DNA of 64,000 nt from an uncultured Alphaproteobacteria bacterium (GCA_963770295.1 CAVYPA010000002.1:53672-117671); one strand, 5' to 3'; shown: positions 9,985 through 20,498, counted from the first letter of the stretch. Translations and numbers: made by a program. Notes: a model not told the origin generated them from the letters alone.

Positions 9985-11000
9985 CTAGCGCGAGATCGGC
10001 GCTGCCGCGCCTCAGCAAGCAGGAACTTTCCGTACTGCTGTGCCGGATCGAAAGCGAACTGCGGAATGCGGAACCTGAAAAGGGTTGGCCGAGTTTCGCA
10101 ATGCGCTCTGGCGCGGCCGCATTTCTGGGTGCACTAGCAGTGCGAGAGACTGTGAAAGGCTCGCGCGCCAAACAGCGTGAAGACCTCGGAGTGGCTCTGC
10201 TTGGCCATCGGCACCTGGGCCTTCACACCTGATTTCGTCCCGACGATGCGCCAGTTGGGCGGCGACAATCTGGGTGAGAACTCGTGAATGTCGCGCGCCA
10301 AATATTGCGATCGCGGACCCCCTGTGTCGTGGTTTCGCATCCAGCGCCGCTAGCTGCGATCGCGGGGCAGGGGTGCCGGTGGTTATAGGTGCGCGAAATT
10401 GTTTGGCAGGATGCGGTTTTCGACGGCTAGATATTCGTTCCGCGCCTAGCAGCTCTTGACCCACCTTCCCAGATAGAGATCGACAAGGCCGACATCGAGT
10501 TCGCCATAGCTGACCGCGTTCTCGGGCGTTTCAGTTTTTTGAAGGAGCTGGGCCGTCTCCCGCATGCGCTTCATCCGGTCAGCGAAGTTCGGTTCGTCCA
10601 TAATGGGTGTTCGTTGGCCGGATCTCGACCTGCCGCGCCTCTCGCCGCAACATAGCGTCGCAACGCACGGCTCTGCGCGGCGTCAGAGGCGAAGTACCCA
10701 ATGAGGAGGTGGCCCATCTACAACTCGCGCGACGGGTGCCTGGATGCCGGGCGGGGCCGTGCAGCGAGGAGCATTCCTGCTTTTGGATTGCGCGGGCTTA
10801 GGGTGAGGGGTGTCCGTCCCACTACTGGGGCCCGGGGCGCTTCGCGCGCCGCATCAGCTTTCGCGTGAATTGGCTCTCGGGCCGTTTGGCTCGTGCCAAT
10901 TTGGGGCCGGCGATGGTCGACTGTGACAGCCGAGAAGTCGCCGGAGGCTCATCCCTCCGCTAAAATCCCTTCGTGTCTTCTGGTCGGCGCGAGAAATGCC

Positions 11001-12520
11001 ATGCAAATCGCCTTGCGTTCCATAGTCGCCTTCGCTGTTGCCCTGGCGGCGGCGCAAGCACCCGCTGCGGCCCAGACGTTGCGCATTGGTCTGCAGGAGG
11101 ACCCGGATCGGCTCGATCCGGCTCAAGGTGGGACGTTCGTCGGTCGTATCGTTTTTGCCGCACTCTGCGACAAGCTCATCGACGTCGACGCAAAGCTGAA
11201 CTATCGAGCCGCAGCTCGCAACTGAATGGGCCTGGAACGAAGACGGCAAGGCTCTGACCTTGAAGCTGAGACCAGGTGTCGTCTTCCACGACGGCACGCC
11301 ATTGGACGGCGAGGCAGTAAAGGTCAACTTGGAACGCTATCGAACGGCGGACTATTCGCGGCGCAAGGGCGAGGTCAAGTCGATCGCGAATGTGGCTGTC
11401 GTCGATCCGACTGACCGTACGGATCGAACTGTCCGAGCCCGATGCGCCGTTGCTCAGCGTGCTCGCCGATCGCGCCGGCATGATGCTGTCGCCGAAGGCA
11501 CTCGCTGCCGCCGGGCAGAACATCGCCAACCAGCCTATCTGCGCGGGGCCGTTCCGCTTTGTCGAGCGCGTCGCGCAGCAGAAGATCACGCTGCAGCGCT
11601 TCGACCAGTACTGGGACGCCGGTCGCATCCACTTCGACCAGGTCGTGTTCCAGCCGATGCCGGATACGACGGTGCGGACCGCAAACCTGCTGGCCGGCGG
11701 ACTTGAGCTGGTCGAGCGGCTACAGCCGACCGATCTCAGGCAACTCAAGGAGAACAAGCGCGTCAAGATCGTGGCCAGCACAGCGCTCGCGTACAACACG
11801 ATCTCCATCAACCTCAACAATGGCCAGCGCGCGTCCGAATCCGTGCTCGCCAAAGACGCGCGCGTCAGGGAAGCGCTGGAACTTTCACTCGATCGTCAGG
11901 CGCTCATGCAGGTGGTCTTCGACGGCGAGTTCATTGCCACCAATCAGCCGCACGCTGTCGACAGTCCCTGGTACATCAAGGGCCGTCCGGTTCCAGCACG
12001 AAACCTGGCGCGTGCGAGGCAGTTGCTCGCCGATGCGGCAGTGACGCGTCCTTCGTTCACGCTCTCGGTGCCGAACAGCCCGGTGGAGAGCCACGTGGCG
12101 CAGGTCATTCAGTCAATGGTCAGCGAGGCAGGCTTCGACATGAAGATCGAGGTCCTCGAGGCGAACACGCTGACCGCCAATGCTACCAAGGGCAACTACG
12201 AGGCAGCCCTTGTGATCTGGTCCGGCCGTGCCGATCCCGACGGCAATATCAGCATCTGGCTCGCGTGCGATGGATTTCTCAACTGGGGCAAACACTGCAA
12301 TCGACAGCTCGACACTCACCTCGCGGCAGCTCGTCGCACGACCGATCCCGCCCTCCGCTTAGCGGAATACGCGGCGGCGGCTGGGATCTACCTGGACGAC
12401 CGGGCGCACATCTTTCTCTACAACTACAAATGGCTCTGGGGTGTTGCCGAGAAGGTCGAGGGTTTCGCACCGCATCCCGACGGCATCATCCGACTGCAGG
12501 ACGTGAGGTTCAGACTCTGA
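11001..12520 (+). pseudogene. Family-5 (peptide/nickel type) ABC substrate-binding protein with two frameshifts
   Basis: Three frames join to a typical SBP_bac_5 sequence: signal peptide 'MQIALRSIVAFAVALAAAQAPAAAQ', then 'TLRIGLQEDPDRLDP...KLNY', a shift near 11205, then 'EPQLATEWAWNEDGKALTLKLRPGVVFHDGTPLD...VAVVDP', a shift near 11410, then 'LTVRIELSEPDAPLL...'. No permease or ATPase genes are adjacent. Confidence 0.8.
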
Positions 12521-12577
12521 ACGCAGCCAATAGTTACGGCACGAGGGAGCCCGCGCTCGGTGAAATTCGAAGTCTGG

Positions 12578-13621
12578 TCAGTCGAGACGGTAGGCGCGGC
12601 GCGCAGTGCCGCTGAACAGTGCGATTTTTTCCTCAGCCGACGCGGAGGCGGCGATGCGCTTGAACGCATTCCACAAGGCCGCATAACCGATGCCCATCTT
12701 GTCAACCGGGAAATTGCTTTCGAAGGTGCAACGCTGGGCGCCGAACAGCTCGATGCAAGGCTCGATATACGGGCGCCAGAACGCCTCCAGCTGCCCGGAG
12801 GTGGGCGGGGCCGGCAGCGCGTTGTAGTCGTAGGCGGCGAGCCGCATCATCATGCCGCCGAGCTTCATGGTGACGTTCGGGCAGGCGGCAATCGCGGGGA
12901 GCGTCGCGCGCCACTGGGCATAGACGTCTTTCTGCTTGCCCGCGAAGGGGCCGTAGCCGAGCGGCATGCCGGTGTGGTTCATAATGATATTCGCACTGGG
13001 ACAGGCACGAGCCAGATCAATTAAGTCAGCGTGCTGGTGGTGGTAGACAAGTGCGTCGAGCGATAGGCCCATGGCAGCCAATCGGTTGAGTCCGGTGCGG
13101 AAGTCTGCCCGCAGGTAGTGGCCGGCACCCGCGCCATGGTGGTTGTTGCCGATGACCGGGTCTTCATGCCAACCTGCGTTGTTGCGGACGCCGCGAAAGC
13201 GGCCGTTACCCGCCTCGGTCAGGGCGGCCAGTATCGGCTCCACGCGATCGCCGAGAGTTAGATCGGCGAAACCGACGATACCGGCGGCCACGCGTGTCTT
13301 GCCACGATGTTCGGCGTCGCACTGCGAGGCGAGATTGGCGACGAACTCGACCTCACCGACGGAACGCATCTCGATCGGGCCATCCGTCCGATAGTTGGTA
13401 CGGCATTCGATAAAGACGGTTGCCTCGATGTTGTGGCCGGTTCCAGTATCGGCCAACAGCTCCTCGACCAAATAGCGTCCCCGCTCACTCCACAGGTGAT
13501 GGTGAGTGTCGACGATTGCGAGCTCAGGCTCGAGAATCTCCTCGACCGGCGCGCGGGCGAGCCAATCTTCGCGCGCCGGGAAAATCCGGCCAAACGCTGT
13601 CGGTTGATGGTCGACGCTCAT
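12578..13621 (-). CDS. Amidohydrolase-2 family metal-dependent hydrolase
   Basis: 'IVDTHHHLW' motif and overall TIM-barrel hydrolase pattern. GGAGGA lies 6 nt upstream of the ATG at 13621. Confidence 0.75.
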   Translation of the reverse strand: MSVDHQPTAFGRIFPAREDWLARAPVEEILEPELAIVDTHHHLWSERGRYLVEELLADTGTGHNIEATVFIECRTNYRTDGPIEMRSVGEVEFVANLASQCDAEHRGKTRVAAGIVGFADLTLGDRVEPILAALTEAGNGRFRGVRNNAGWHEDPVIGNNHHGAGAGHYLRADFRTGLNRLAAMGLSLDALVYHHQHADLIDLARACPSANIIMNHTGMPLGYGPFAGKQKDVYAQWRATLPAIAACPNVTMKLGGMMMRLAAYDYNALPAPPTSGQLEAFWRPYIEPCIELFGAQRCTFESNFPVDKMGIGYAALWNAFKRIAASASAEEKIALFSGTARRAYRLD

Positions 13622-14163
13622 TGACGTCCTCCGGTCGGGCTGCACTGATCGACGCGGCTATTGTTCCCGTCCGATCTTCTCAGTTTTCGTCTTTTTCGTT
13701 CATTAGCTGGGCTCCCTCACCGTAGCACGCTTTCATTTTCCCGCCCCAGGCGGCCGCAGCAGAACCCGCCTACACGGGCGGCGGATCCTTCGGGGATGCC
13801 AGCTCTGCTGCCGGAAATCGAGGTCGGAGCGCGCCAAATGGGGTCGCCCCGCATTCCTCTCGTTCCCGTTTTCCCCTTGCTGGGGCCATGCCGCACCACC
13901 GACTTCGGATATTTTGGATAGTCCGCCACACCTGCGAATTCCAGGCAAGACGTCAGTCCGACTAACGAGTTGATGTCGAGATCCGTTATCTACGGTTACC
14001 TTGACGTTGCGGGGAACTGAGAGCTTGACGGTATCCAGGGTTCTCGAGCGTTTTAATGCAAGTGTTCCGCGCTAACTGCCGTCCGGAAGTGACCTTCTGA
14101 CCGGTATCTCTACGCTACTGCTGCAGCGGGACGATCCCGCGCTCGCTTCACAACATGGTCAGT

Positions 14164-14592
14164 TCAGGCGGGATGCGGTTGAGTAGCTGGTCGCCAGGCA
14201 GCGATGCTCCAAGCACCTGCTCCGCTGACGAAATAGAACAACAGGGCCGCGACGACGCCGCCATTCTTGTAGAAATTGATCTCCTGCGACCGCCGCGTCG
14301 CTGCTTCCGTGAATTCCCAGTACCGGTGCGTGGTCGCGGTGGCCATGATCACGAATGCGATCAGGGCAACAGATGTCCACCGCGGCGCGACGCCAAGAAT
14401 AAGGGCTATGGGGCCGAGCACCTCGATGGCGACGGCCGCCGCGGCCCAGGCCTCTGAATAAGGCAATCCCTTGGAAGCAAGCGAAGCGGCGAAGGCGCCG
14501 AAGCCCATCGCCTTGCTGATACCGGATGGCAGGAACAACGCCGCCAAGAGCAGACGACCCAGGAGCAGAAATGCGTCATTGACCTGCTGCAT
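14164..14592 (-). CDS. DoxX-family membrane protein
   Basis: 142 aa from the internal ATG. 'LLLGRLLLAALFLPSGISK...' and four hydrophobic segments typical of DoxX. Confidence 0.75.
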   Translation of the reverse strand: MQQVNDAFLLLGRLLLAALFLPSGISKAMGFGAFAASLASKGLPYSEAWAAAAVAIEVLGPIALILGVAPRWTSVALIAFVIMATATTHRYWEFTEAATRRSQEINFYKNGGVVAALLFYFVSGAGAWSIAAWRPATQPHPA

Positions 14593-14644
14593 GGCACCCA
14601 CCGCCGGTTCGATGTCTCCAGTACACAGCCGCCTCGCCGACGCT

Positions 14645-16840
14645 TTAAGTAAGCTTCGTGTGCTTGAGGGGTAACGACCGCACCCGCTTGCCGCTCGCCG
14701 CAAACACGGCGTTGAGTACGGCAGGAGCGGCGACACTTATGGTCGGTTCGCCAACGCCACCCCAGAAATCTCCGGACGGCATGACGATAGCCTCGACCCT
14801 GGGAAAGTCTTCCATAAGCATCATGGGATAGGTGTCCAGATTCTGTTGCACCATGCGGCCATCTTTGACGGTGCATTCCTGGTAGAGCATCGCGCCCAGG
14901 CCGAACGCAACGGAGCCCTCGGTTTGCATCGCCACCTGCTGCGGATTGACCGCATAGCCGCTGTCGATTGCAATCACCAAACGATGGATTTTGAGCTTGC
15001 CGCTGTCGTTGACGGTAACCTCGGCTGCCGCTGCGCAATAGCTCCCGTAGCCCATGAACTGAGCGATGCCCCGATGTACTCCGGGAGGCGGAGGCGTTCC
15101 CCAGGCGATGCGCTCGGCGACGGCATTGAGCACGGCGAGATGCTTGGGGCTGTTAACCAAAAGCTTGCGCCGTAACTCGAGAGGGTCCTTGCCTGCGGCG
15201 TGGGCGATTTCGTCGATGAACGACTCCAGCCAGATCGCATTTTGGTTGGTGTTGACGCCCCGCCAGAAGCCCACAGGCACATGCGTATTACGGATGGCGT
15301 GCTCGATCAGGAGATTCGGAATGGCGTAACCGAAGCGCCCCTCCGCACCACTCGGATTGAGACCCTGAAACGCAGCCGAATCCCTGCCATCTTTGTCGAG
15401 GCGATTAGGCGCGGCGCTCGCCAGAATTGAAGGCGCGGCGATGCGCATCTGCAATCCGACCAATTCGCCTTGTTGGTCAAGGCCAGCTTGCAGTTTGCAC
15501 AAACCAACCGGCCGGTAAGTGCATTGGCGCATATCCTCTTCACGGCTCCAAATCAACTTGATCGGGATGCCGGGGATCTGCTTGGCGATTAGTACAGCCT
15601 TGGTTGTGTAGTCCTGTCTACCCCGTCGCCCGAAGCCACCACCCAGATGCAGCTTGTGAAACTCGCATTGGGTGGGCGAAAGCCCGGCTGCTTCGGCGGC
15701 AGCCGCCAGGCCGCCTTCGGCGTTTTGGGTTGCTCCCCATACCTCGCACCGATCGGCGGTCACCAGTGCCGTGCAGTTCATGGGTTCCATGGTGAAGTGG
15801 TTCTCGAAGGGTGCAAAATAGACCGCTTCGAGTTTCTTGGCCGCGCCAGCGATCGCCTGCGTCGGCTCGCCCATCCGGTTGCCGATGAATGCGCCATCCT
15901 TTGCGTCGAGACCATCTTGAAGGTGCGCCTGGATAGACTCACTCGACACCTTGTCGTTGGGTCCCTCCTCCCAAGCGATGTTTAGGGCCTTGAGCGCCTG
16001 ATTGGCCTGCCACCAACCGTCGGCAACTACGGCAACCGCCGTGTCACCGACCTTCACCACGTGTCGCACGCCCGGCATCGCCTTCGCCTTGGCCTCGTCG
16101 TAGCTCTTGACCTTGGCGTCAAATACCGGGGCATCCATGATGGACGCGTTCAGCATGCCCGGGAGCTTGACATCGATGGCATAGACCTGCTTGCCAGTGA
16201 TCTTGTCGGCGGTATCCAGCCGCAAGAGCGGTTTGCCAATGATCTTCCAGTCCTTGGGGTCCTTGAGCTTGATGTCCGTCGGCGGGTCGAGGCGCGCCGC
16301 GGCGCTGGCAACCTTCCCATAAGTGGTCTGGCGGCCGCTGGGGACGTGGGTGATGACGCTAGCCTCTGCCTTGCACTCAGCAGCGGACACGTTCCATTGA
16401 TTGGCTGCGGCTTGGATTAGCATTTCGCGGGCGACTGCGCCGCCCTTGCGAACGTACTCTTGTGAGCCGCGAATACCACGACTGCCCCCGGTCGACATGT
16501 CGCCCCAGATGCGCTTGCGCGTGAGGTTTTGTCCCGGCGTGGGATACTCAGTTTTGACTTTCTTCCAATCACATTCAAGCTCTTCGGCCACGAGTTGCGC
16601 GAGACCCGTCAACGTCCCCTGCCCCATTTCCGATCGGGCGATGCGGATCACCACGTCATCATTGGGCTTGATGAAGACCCAGGCGCCGACTTCGCTGCCG
16701 TCCGCGGCGCGCGGCGTTTGCGCAAGTGCATTCTTAGGCCAAGGCGCGTAGAGACCCAGCGCCAGGCCGCCACCGGCGGCAGCGGTCGAGATCAAAAAGC
16801 GGCGACGAGAGACGTCCGTCCCATTCGTCTTGAGGGTCAT
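14645..16840 (-). CDS. Molybdopterin-binding subunit of an aldehyde-oxidase/xanthine-dehydrogenase-family hydroxylase (IorB-like), Tat-exported
   Basis: Twin-arginine signal 'SRRRFLISTAAAGGGLALG'. About 730 aa with IorB-type sequence throughout. GAGGAG lies upstream of the ATG at 16840. Confidence 0.85.
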   Translation of the reverse strand: MTLKTNGTDVSRRRFLISTAAAGGGLALGLYAPWPKNALAQTPRAADGSEVGAWVFIKPNDDVVIRIARSEMGQGTLTGLAQLVAEELECDWKKVKTEYPTPGQNLTRKRIWGDMSTGGSRGIRGSQEYVRKGGAVAREMLIQAAANQWNVSAAECKAEASVITHVPSGRQTTYGKVASAAARLDPPTDIKLKDPKDWKIIGKPLLRLDTADKITGKQVYAIDVKLPGMLNASIMDAPVFDAKVKSYDEAKAKAMPGVRHVVKVGDTAVAVVADGWWQANQALKALNIAWEEGPNDKVSSESIQAHLQDGLDAKDGAFIGNRMGEPTQAIAGAAKKLEAVYFAPFENHFTMEPMNCTALVTADRCEVWGATQNAEGGLAAAAEAAGLSPTQCEFHKLHLGGGFGRRGRQDYTTKAVLIAKQIPGIPIKLIWSREEDMRQCTYRPVGLCKLQAGLDQQGELVGLQMRIAAPSILASAAPNRLDKDGRDSAAFQGLNPSGAEGRFGYAIPNLLIEHAIRNTHVPVGFWRGVNTNQNAIWLESFIDEIAHAAGKDPLELRRKLLVNSPKHLAVLNAVAERIAWGTPPPPGVHRGIAQFMGYGSYCAAAAEVTVNDSGKLKIHRLVIAIDSGYAVNPQQVAMQTEGSVAFGLGAMLYQECTVKDGRMVQQNLDTYPMMLMEDFPRVEAIVMPSGDFWGGVGEPTISVAAPAVLNAVFAASGKRVRSLPLKHTKLT

Positions 16841-16850
16841 GGCGTGCTCC

Positions 16851-17312
16851 TCAGGTCTTGTTGCCGTTGCCTGCCGCCTGATGGACCGCGGCACGAATGC
16901 GTTGGTAGGTGCCGCAGCGGCAGACATTGGTCATGGCCTCGTCGATGTCGGCATCTGTCGGTTTCGGCTTGGTCTGGAGCAACGCTGCGGCTGCCATGAT
17001 CTGACCTGACTGGCAGTAGCCGCATTGGGGTACATCAAGCGCTAACCAAGCCATCTGCACGGGATGATCTCCCTTTGGCGAAAGGCCTTCGATGGTAGTA
17101 ATCTTATCTGTACTCTTCAGCGAACTAACGGGGATGGAACATGAGCGCTGCACCTCCCCGTCAATGTGGACCGAGCAAGCGCCACACTGGGCAATCCCGC
17201 AGCCGTACTTGGTGCCGGTCAATCCGAGCTGTTCGCGCAACACCCACAGCAACGGCATATCTCCGTCTGCGTTCACGTCGACGGTCTTTCCATTCACGTT
17301 CAACTTGACCAT
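16851..17312 (-). CDS. (2Fe-2S)-binding small subunit of the hydroxylase (IorA-like)
   Basis: 153 aa. '[16 protein letters not shown]' and '[11 protein letters not shown]...VCRCGTY' cluster motifs. Confidence 0.9.
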   Translation of the reverse strand: MVKLNVNGKTVDVNADGDMPLLWVLREQLGLTGTKYGCGIAQCGACSVHIDGEVQRSCSIPVSSLKSTDKITTIEGLSPKGDHPVQMAWLALDVPQCGYCQSGQIMAAAALLQTKPKPTDADIDEAMTNVCRCGTYQRIRAAVHQAAGNGNKT

Positions 17313-17635
17313 GACTCGTGGCTCCGATGCGGGTTGCCGATTCGAACATCATCCGCAATACGAAGGAATATTAGCCAGCGTTCCGGGGCGGCAATGTTCA
17401 CATTCACGTGCGTGGGCGGGAGCACTCAGCTCAGATGCGCTGCACAGAGCGTCACGCCCGGGAACGCTAGCGTTGCCTTTCACGGCGCAAGGGAAGCGCG
17501 CAGAGCACGCCTTGGCCTTCAGCGTTGTCATCGACGAAGGTTCCTCGCGGGCGCCCTGGAGGCCCTGGGCGATTTTGTCGCTCGAACAAAAGTCCGATTT
17601 TGTGGCGCAATTTTGGATTGTCCGCCCAGACACTG

Positions 17636-17905
17636 GTGCTCAACCAATATCATCATTGCCACGGAAGTTATCGGTTTCGTAAGGGAAGCGATCCGAAAGA
17701 TCGCATCCGTCTTCATACCCAACTGCCTCTCACGATCTTGGAACCCGAACGCTTTGAGGTACGCAACGCTACCGTTGCGAGCGACCAGGACGACAGCTCC
17801 GGGGATCCGCCCCTTGTCTTCCTCTGATGGGAACGCAACATCAATCCGTTTCAAGCGCTCCGGTACCACCGACTTCACTAGCTTCGGCTCTCGGAAAGGC
17901 GGCAA
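17636..17905 (-). pseudogene. N-terminal fragment of a serine hydrolase (class C beta-lactamase / esterase family)
   Basis: 'IPGAVVLVARNGSVAYLKAFGFQD...DAIFRIASLTKPITSVAMMILVE' contains the S-x-x-K motif. The similarity ends after about 90 codons and the ORF runs into unrelated sequence. Confidence 0.6.
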
Positions 17906-18215
17906 GATGGAAGAGGAAACCGAGGCGACGGGGTCTATGAGGTTGATGACGCAAAATGCAGCGACGCCAGTACGACGTTAAGCTCGACAAGGATTTCAGG
18001 GTGATCGTCATCACGCGCGACTGACCGGGAGTCTGTCTCGGTCGATGCAAGCCAGTTGGCCTGATCGGCATGATGCTTGGCGTTGTTGATAGAGCCGTCT
18101 TCGCGCCGATTCTCACATACGCGGGCTGATAGATTGTGAAATGCAAATTAATCCATTCTTCACGATTGCTTTCCACAGGCGTCGCAAACCATGACATGGA
18201 CTCCCCCAGCAACTC

Positions 18216-18317
18216 ATGAGACGGATCGGCATGGTCAGAGAATTTATCATTCTCTACGTGATCCTCAGCCTCGCCCTTCTTACGGTGGTGGTGATGGCTG
18301 TGCTCGTCGCAGGGTGA
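18216..18317 (+). CDS. Mini-ORF A: predicted single-TM hydrophobic peptide (33 aa, or 28 aa from the ATG at 18231)
   Basis: '(MRRIG)MVREFIILYVILSLALLTVVVMAVLVAG*'. It is a paralogue of mini-ORF B and shares the ATCGGCATG start context. It is below the ORF-track cutoff and I translated it by hand. Confidence 0.45.
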   Translation: MRRIGMVREFIILYVILSLALLTVVVMAVLVAG

Positions 18318-18451
18318 GAAGAAACACAGCCTACGCAGAATTAACCACTCATTAACCGTTGGCCCTCACCGCTGACTGTGCGCGCTAAAAGAATTAAACT
18401 TGCCGTCACGAATAATTTCCACAATCACGCAAGTCATGCAATGCCATCGGC

Positions 18452-18544
18452 ATGCCCCGCGAGTACATCTTCCTGCACACGATCTTCAGCCTCGCCATTC
18501 TCCTGATGGCGGTTCTCATGGCCGTAGTCATCGGAGCAGGCTGA
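18452..18544 (+). CDS. Mini-ORF B: predicted single-TM hydrophobic peptide (30 aa)
   Basis: 'MPREYIFLHTIFSLAILLMAVLMAVVIGAG*'. Shared pattern RE[FY]I[IF]L..I.SLA.LL..V.MAV. Nucleotide similarity to ORF A continues past the stop codon. Confidence 0.45.
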   Translation: MPREYIFLHTIFSLAILLMAVLMAVVIGAG

Positions 18545-19242
18545 AAGAAGGGCTACGAGCATAAGAGCCCTGGCAAATCATTGGCTCACTTTCTGCGAAT
18601 ACCAATATTGATCGACCGCCTTCTTGCAGGCTGGGATATCTCCCGTCGGCAACGAACAACCCCGCAATCCCAGCCTAGATGACGTTAGAACGCCAGGGCT
18701 TCCTGGGGTTCCGTCAGGACGTCACTGTACCCAACTGCAAAGGCGTAACTCCCGAAGCCTCCTTTGCTATCGGAGCCGATCTGGCTTCTGGGGTTCCAAA
18801 TGGATAAGCAAAATGCCGGCAGATCGTACAGCATGCTCCATGGCGGATGTGGCGACGATACGTTTTTCTGATTTTCGTCCCGCCCTGATTTCTCGCGGCC
18901 GGCGCGCATTCGAGACGGGCTTGTCCGATCCCAATATCGCTCATCGCGCCTACGACTATGCCTAGTCGTTAGCCCAATTCGCGCAAGGCGCGCCTACGCT
19001 GGAGGGATACCGAGCGGGAAGTCTTAAGGAACTCGAAGCCAGCGGTGCGACCCGATTGGTGATGGCGCTTGGGATGTTCAACCTGCACAGGGCAATCTTC
19101 GCCATTGGTATAGGTTCTGGCTTCCGCCACTTTCCGTGGGGCGACCACGAGCAAGCTCGCGTTGATCTGCTGGCGATTGACTTCGAGATACGCAAGGGTC
19201 GCGCGCAAGTGCGTGAGCACACTCTCTCTATATGCAGTTCGT

Positions 19243-19710
19243 TCATCCCCAGCCCACGGCTTCAACCGCATCCCGTCTTTGCGTATTTGCCGGCACGTAC
19301 CAGCATTTGACCTTAACGGGCATGCCGGGACGGTCCCTGAGGCAAGCATGATAGCCACCATCCCGTGAAGGCAGCTTCTTTACCTCAGGGCCGACACGCA
19401 CATGGCGGCCATGAACGTCTGCCGTGTAACTGCGGTCATATGAGTAGTAGACGACGTTTTCTGCAGGAAAGCAGTCTTTGTCGCTGCAGCAGTCGGCGTC
19501 GTACCAGCTATGACCTGAAACTATCGTCGGCGCGCAAAAGAACAGGACTGTCAATACCAGCCGTCTCCACCGTCCGATCCATGCACCCGGCAGTTGTCCA
19601 ACCCACTTGTTCACGATGTGTGTTGGAAATTTGGATGTCGTGCTTTGCCGCTCTACCTCCTTCAGCACAATTCGCAGCGCTGCAATGACTGCATCGACAT
19701 CTGTCGACAT
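19243..19710 (-). CDS. Hypothetical Cys-rich protein, probably exported (start uncertain)
   Basis: Hydrophobic 'LVLTVLFFCAPTIVSG' is followed by 'HSWYDADCCSDKDCFPAENV...', a motif I have seen in small alphaproteobacterial hypothetical proteins. Confidence 0.45.
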   Translation of the reverse strand: MSTDVDAVIAALRIVLKEVERQSTTSKFPTHIVNKWVGQLPGAWIGRWRRLVLTVLFFCAPTIVSGHSWYDADCCSDKDCFPAENVVYYSYDRSYTADVHGRHVRVGPEVKKLPSRDGGYHACLRDRPGMPVKVKCWYVPANTQRRDAVEAVGWG

Positions 19711-20045
19711 CTCACACGCCTCCGCACCACCTACGCAATTTCAGTCGACAAAAAAATACGGCAGCGTTCGTTTCTCGAGCATCCATGGTGCTCGTGCGCA
19801 GATCGGTACTGGCACCGTAACCTGCGTCCATCAAGACCACACCGCGCGGCAGACCGCTTTGTACACCCAACGCGTTACTCTAGAGCAAGCGTGCCGAGAG
19901 TTCAGTGCTTGATCAGCCTAACGAGCAAATGCGCGCAAAGCCTGAGCAAACCGCGACTACTCGCTGTCGAGGTTTAGAAGGCGACCTGAATGAGCATGGA
20001 CAAGATGGCCCGAGCTCTGGCCTTCACGCAACCTCACTGTCGGTG

Positions 20046-20498
20046 CTATTTACCCCCAATCTTCCAGAAGTCTTTGAGCCAGGCGTGCCTCTCGCCGGAG
20101 CTACCCGGCACCTTTGCAATGGGTAGTGGGTGCATCGGGCCCTTCGCCGCGGTGCCCCTGCTCTCACCTTCAGTGGCCGCGATCTTCTTTGCGACCACCG
20201 CGCTTCCATGGTGCACCAGGCCCGAACATGAGAACGATGCGTCAAAGTTATTCTGAACCGAGGTGCAAGCTTTAGCCATTGCTATTGCAGGCGTGGCAAA
20301 GGGCTCTTGATTGCTCCAGGCCAAATCGTTGTAGTCGTTGCGAAGATCATGCCGCCAGACCTCGGCCTGGAATTGCCCGCTGCGCAGGTGGCGCGCAACC
20401 GGCCAATACTCAAAGGCGGCGGACTGTTCCTGCGCAAGTGTGGACGTTGTCAATGCAAAGCCATACGCCATGGCTAGGACGATCTTTGGAAGGAGCAT
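20046..20498 (-). CDS. Hypothetical secreted protein
   Basis: 150 aa. Signal peptide 'MLLPKIVLAMAYGFALTTSTLAQ'. No recognisable domain. Confidence 0.5.
   Translation of the reverse strand: MLLPKIVLAMAYGFALTTSTLAQEQSAAFEYWPVARHLRSGQFQAEVWRHDLRNDYNDLAWSNQEPFATPAIAMAKACTSVQNNFDASFSCSGLVHHGSAVVAKKIAATEGESRGTAAKGPMHPLPIAKVPGSSGERHAWLKDFWKIGGK

Noticed and set aside
10446-10601. 51-aa minus-strand ORF 'MDEPNFADRMKRMRETAQLLQKTETPENAVSYGELDVGLVDLYLGRWVKSC'.
   Set aside because: The composition is protein-like, but there is no RBS, no recognisable family and no gene context. I left it uncalled.
18624-19361. Overlapping ORFs 18624-18965(+), 18714-18944(-), 18962-19246(-) and 18969-19361(-) in the low-GC islet.
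   Set aside because: They are mutually exclusive and lack motifs, signal peptides and RBS. I cannot decide which of them, if any, is real.
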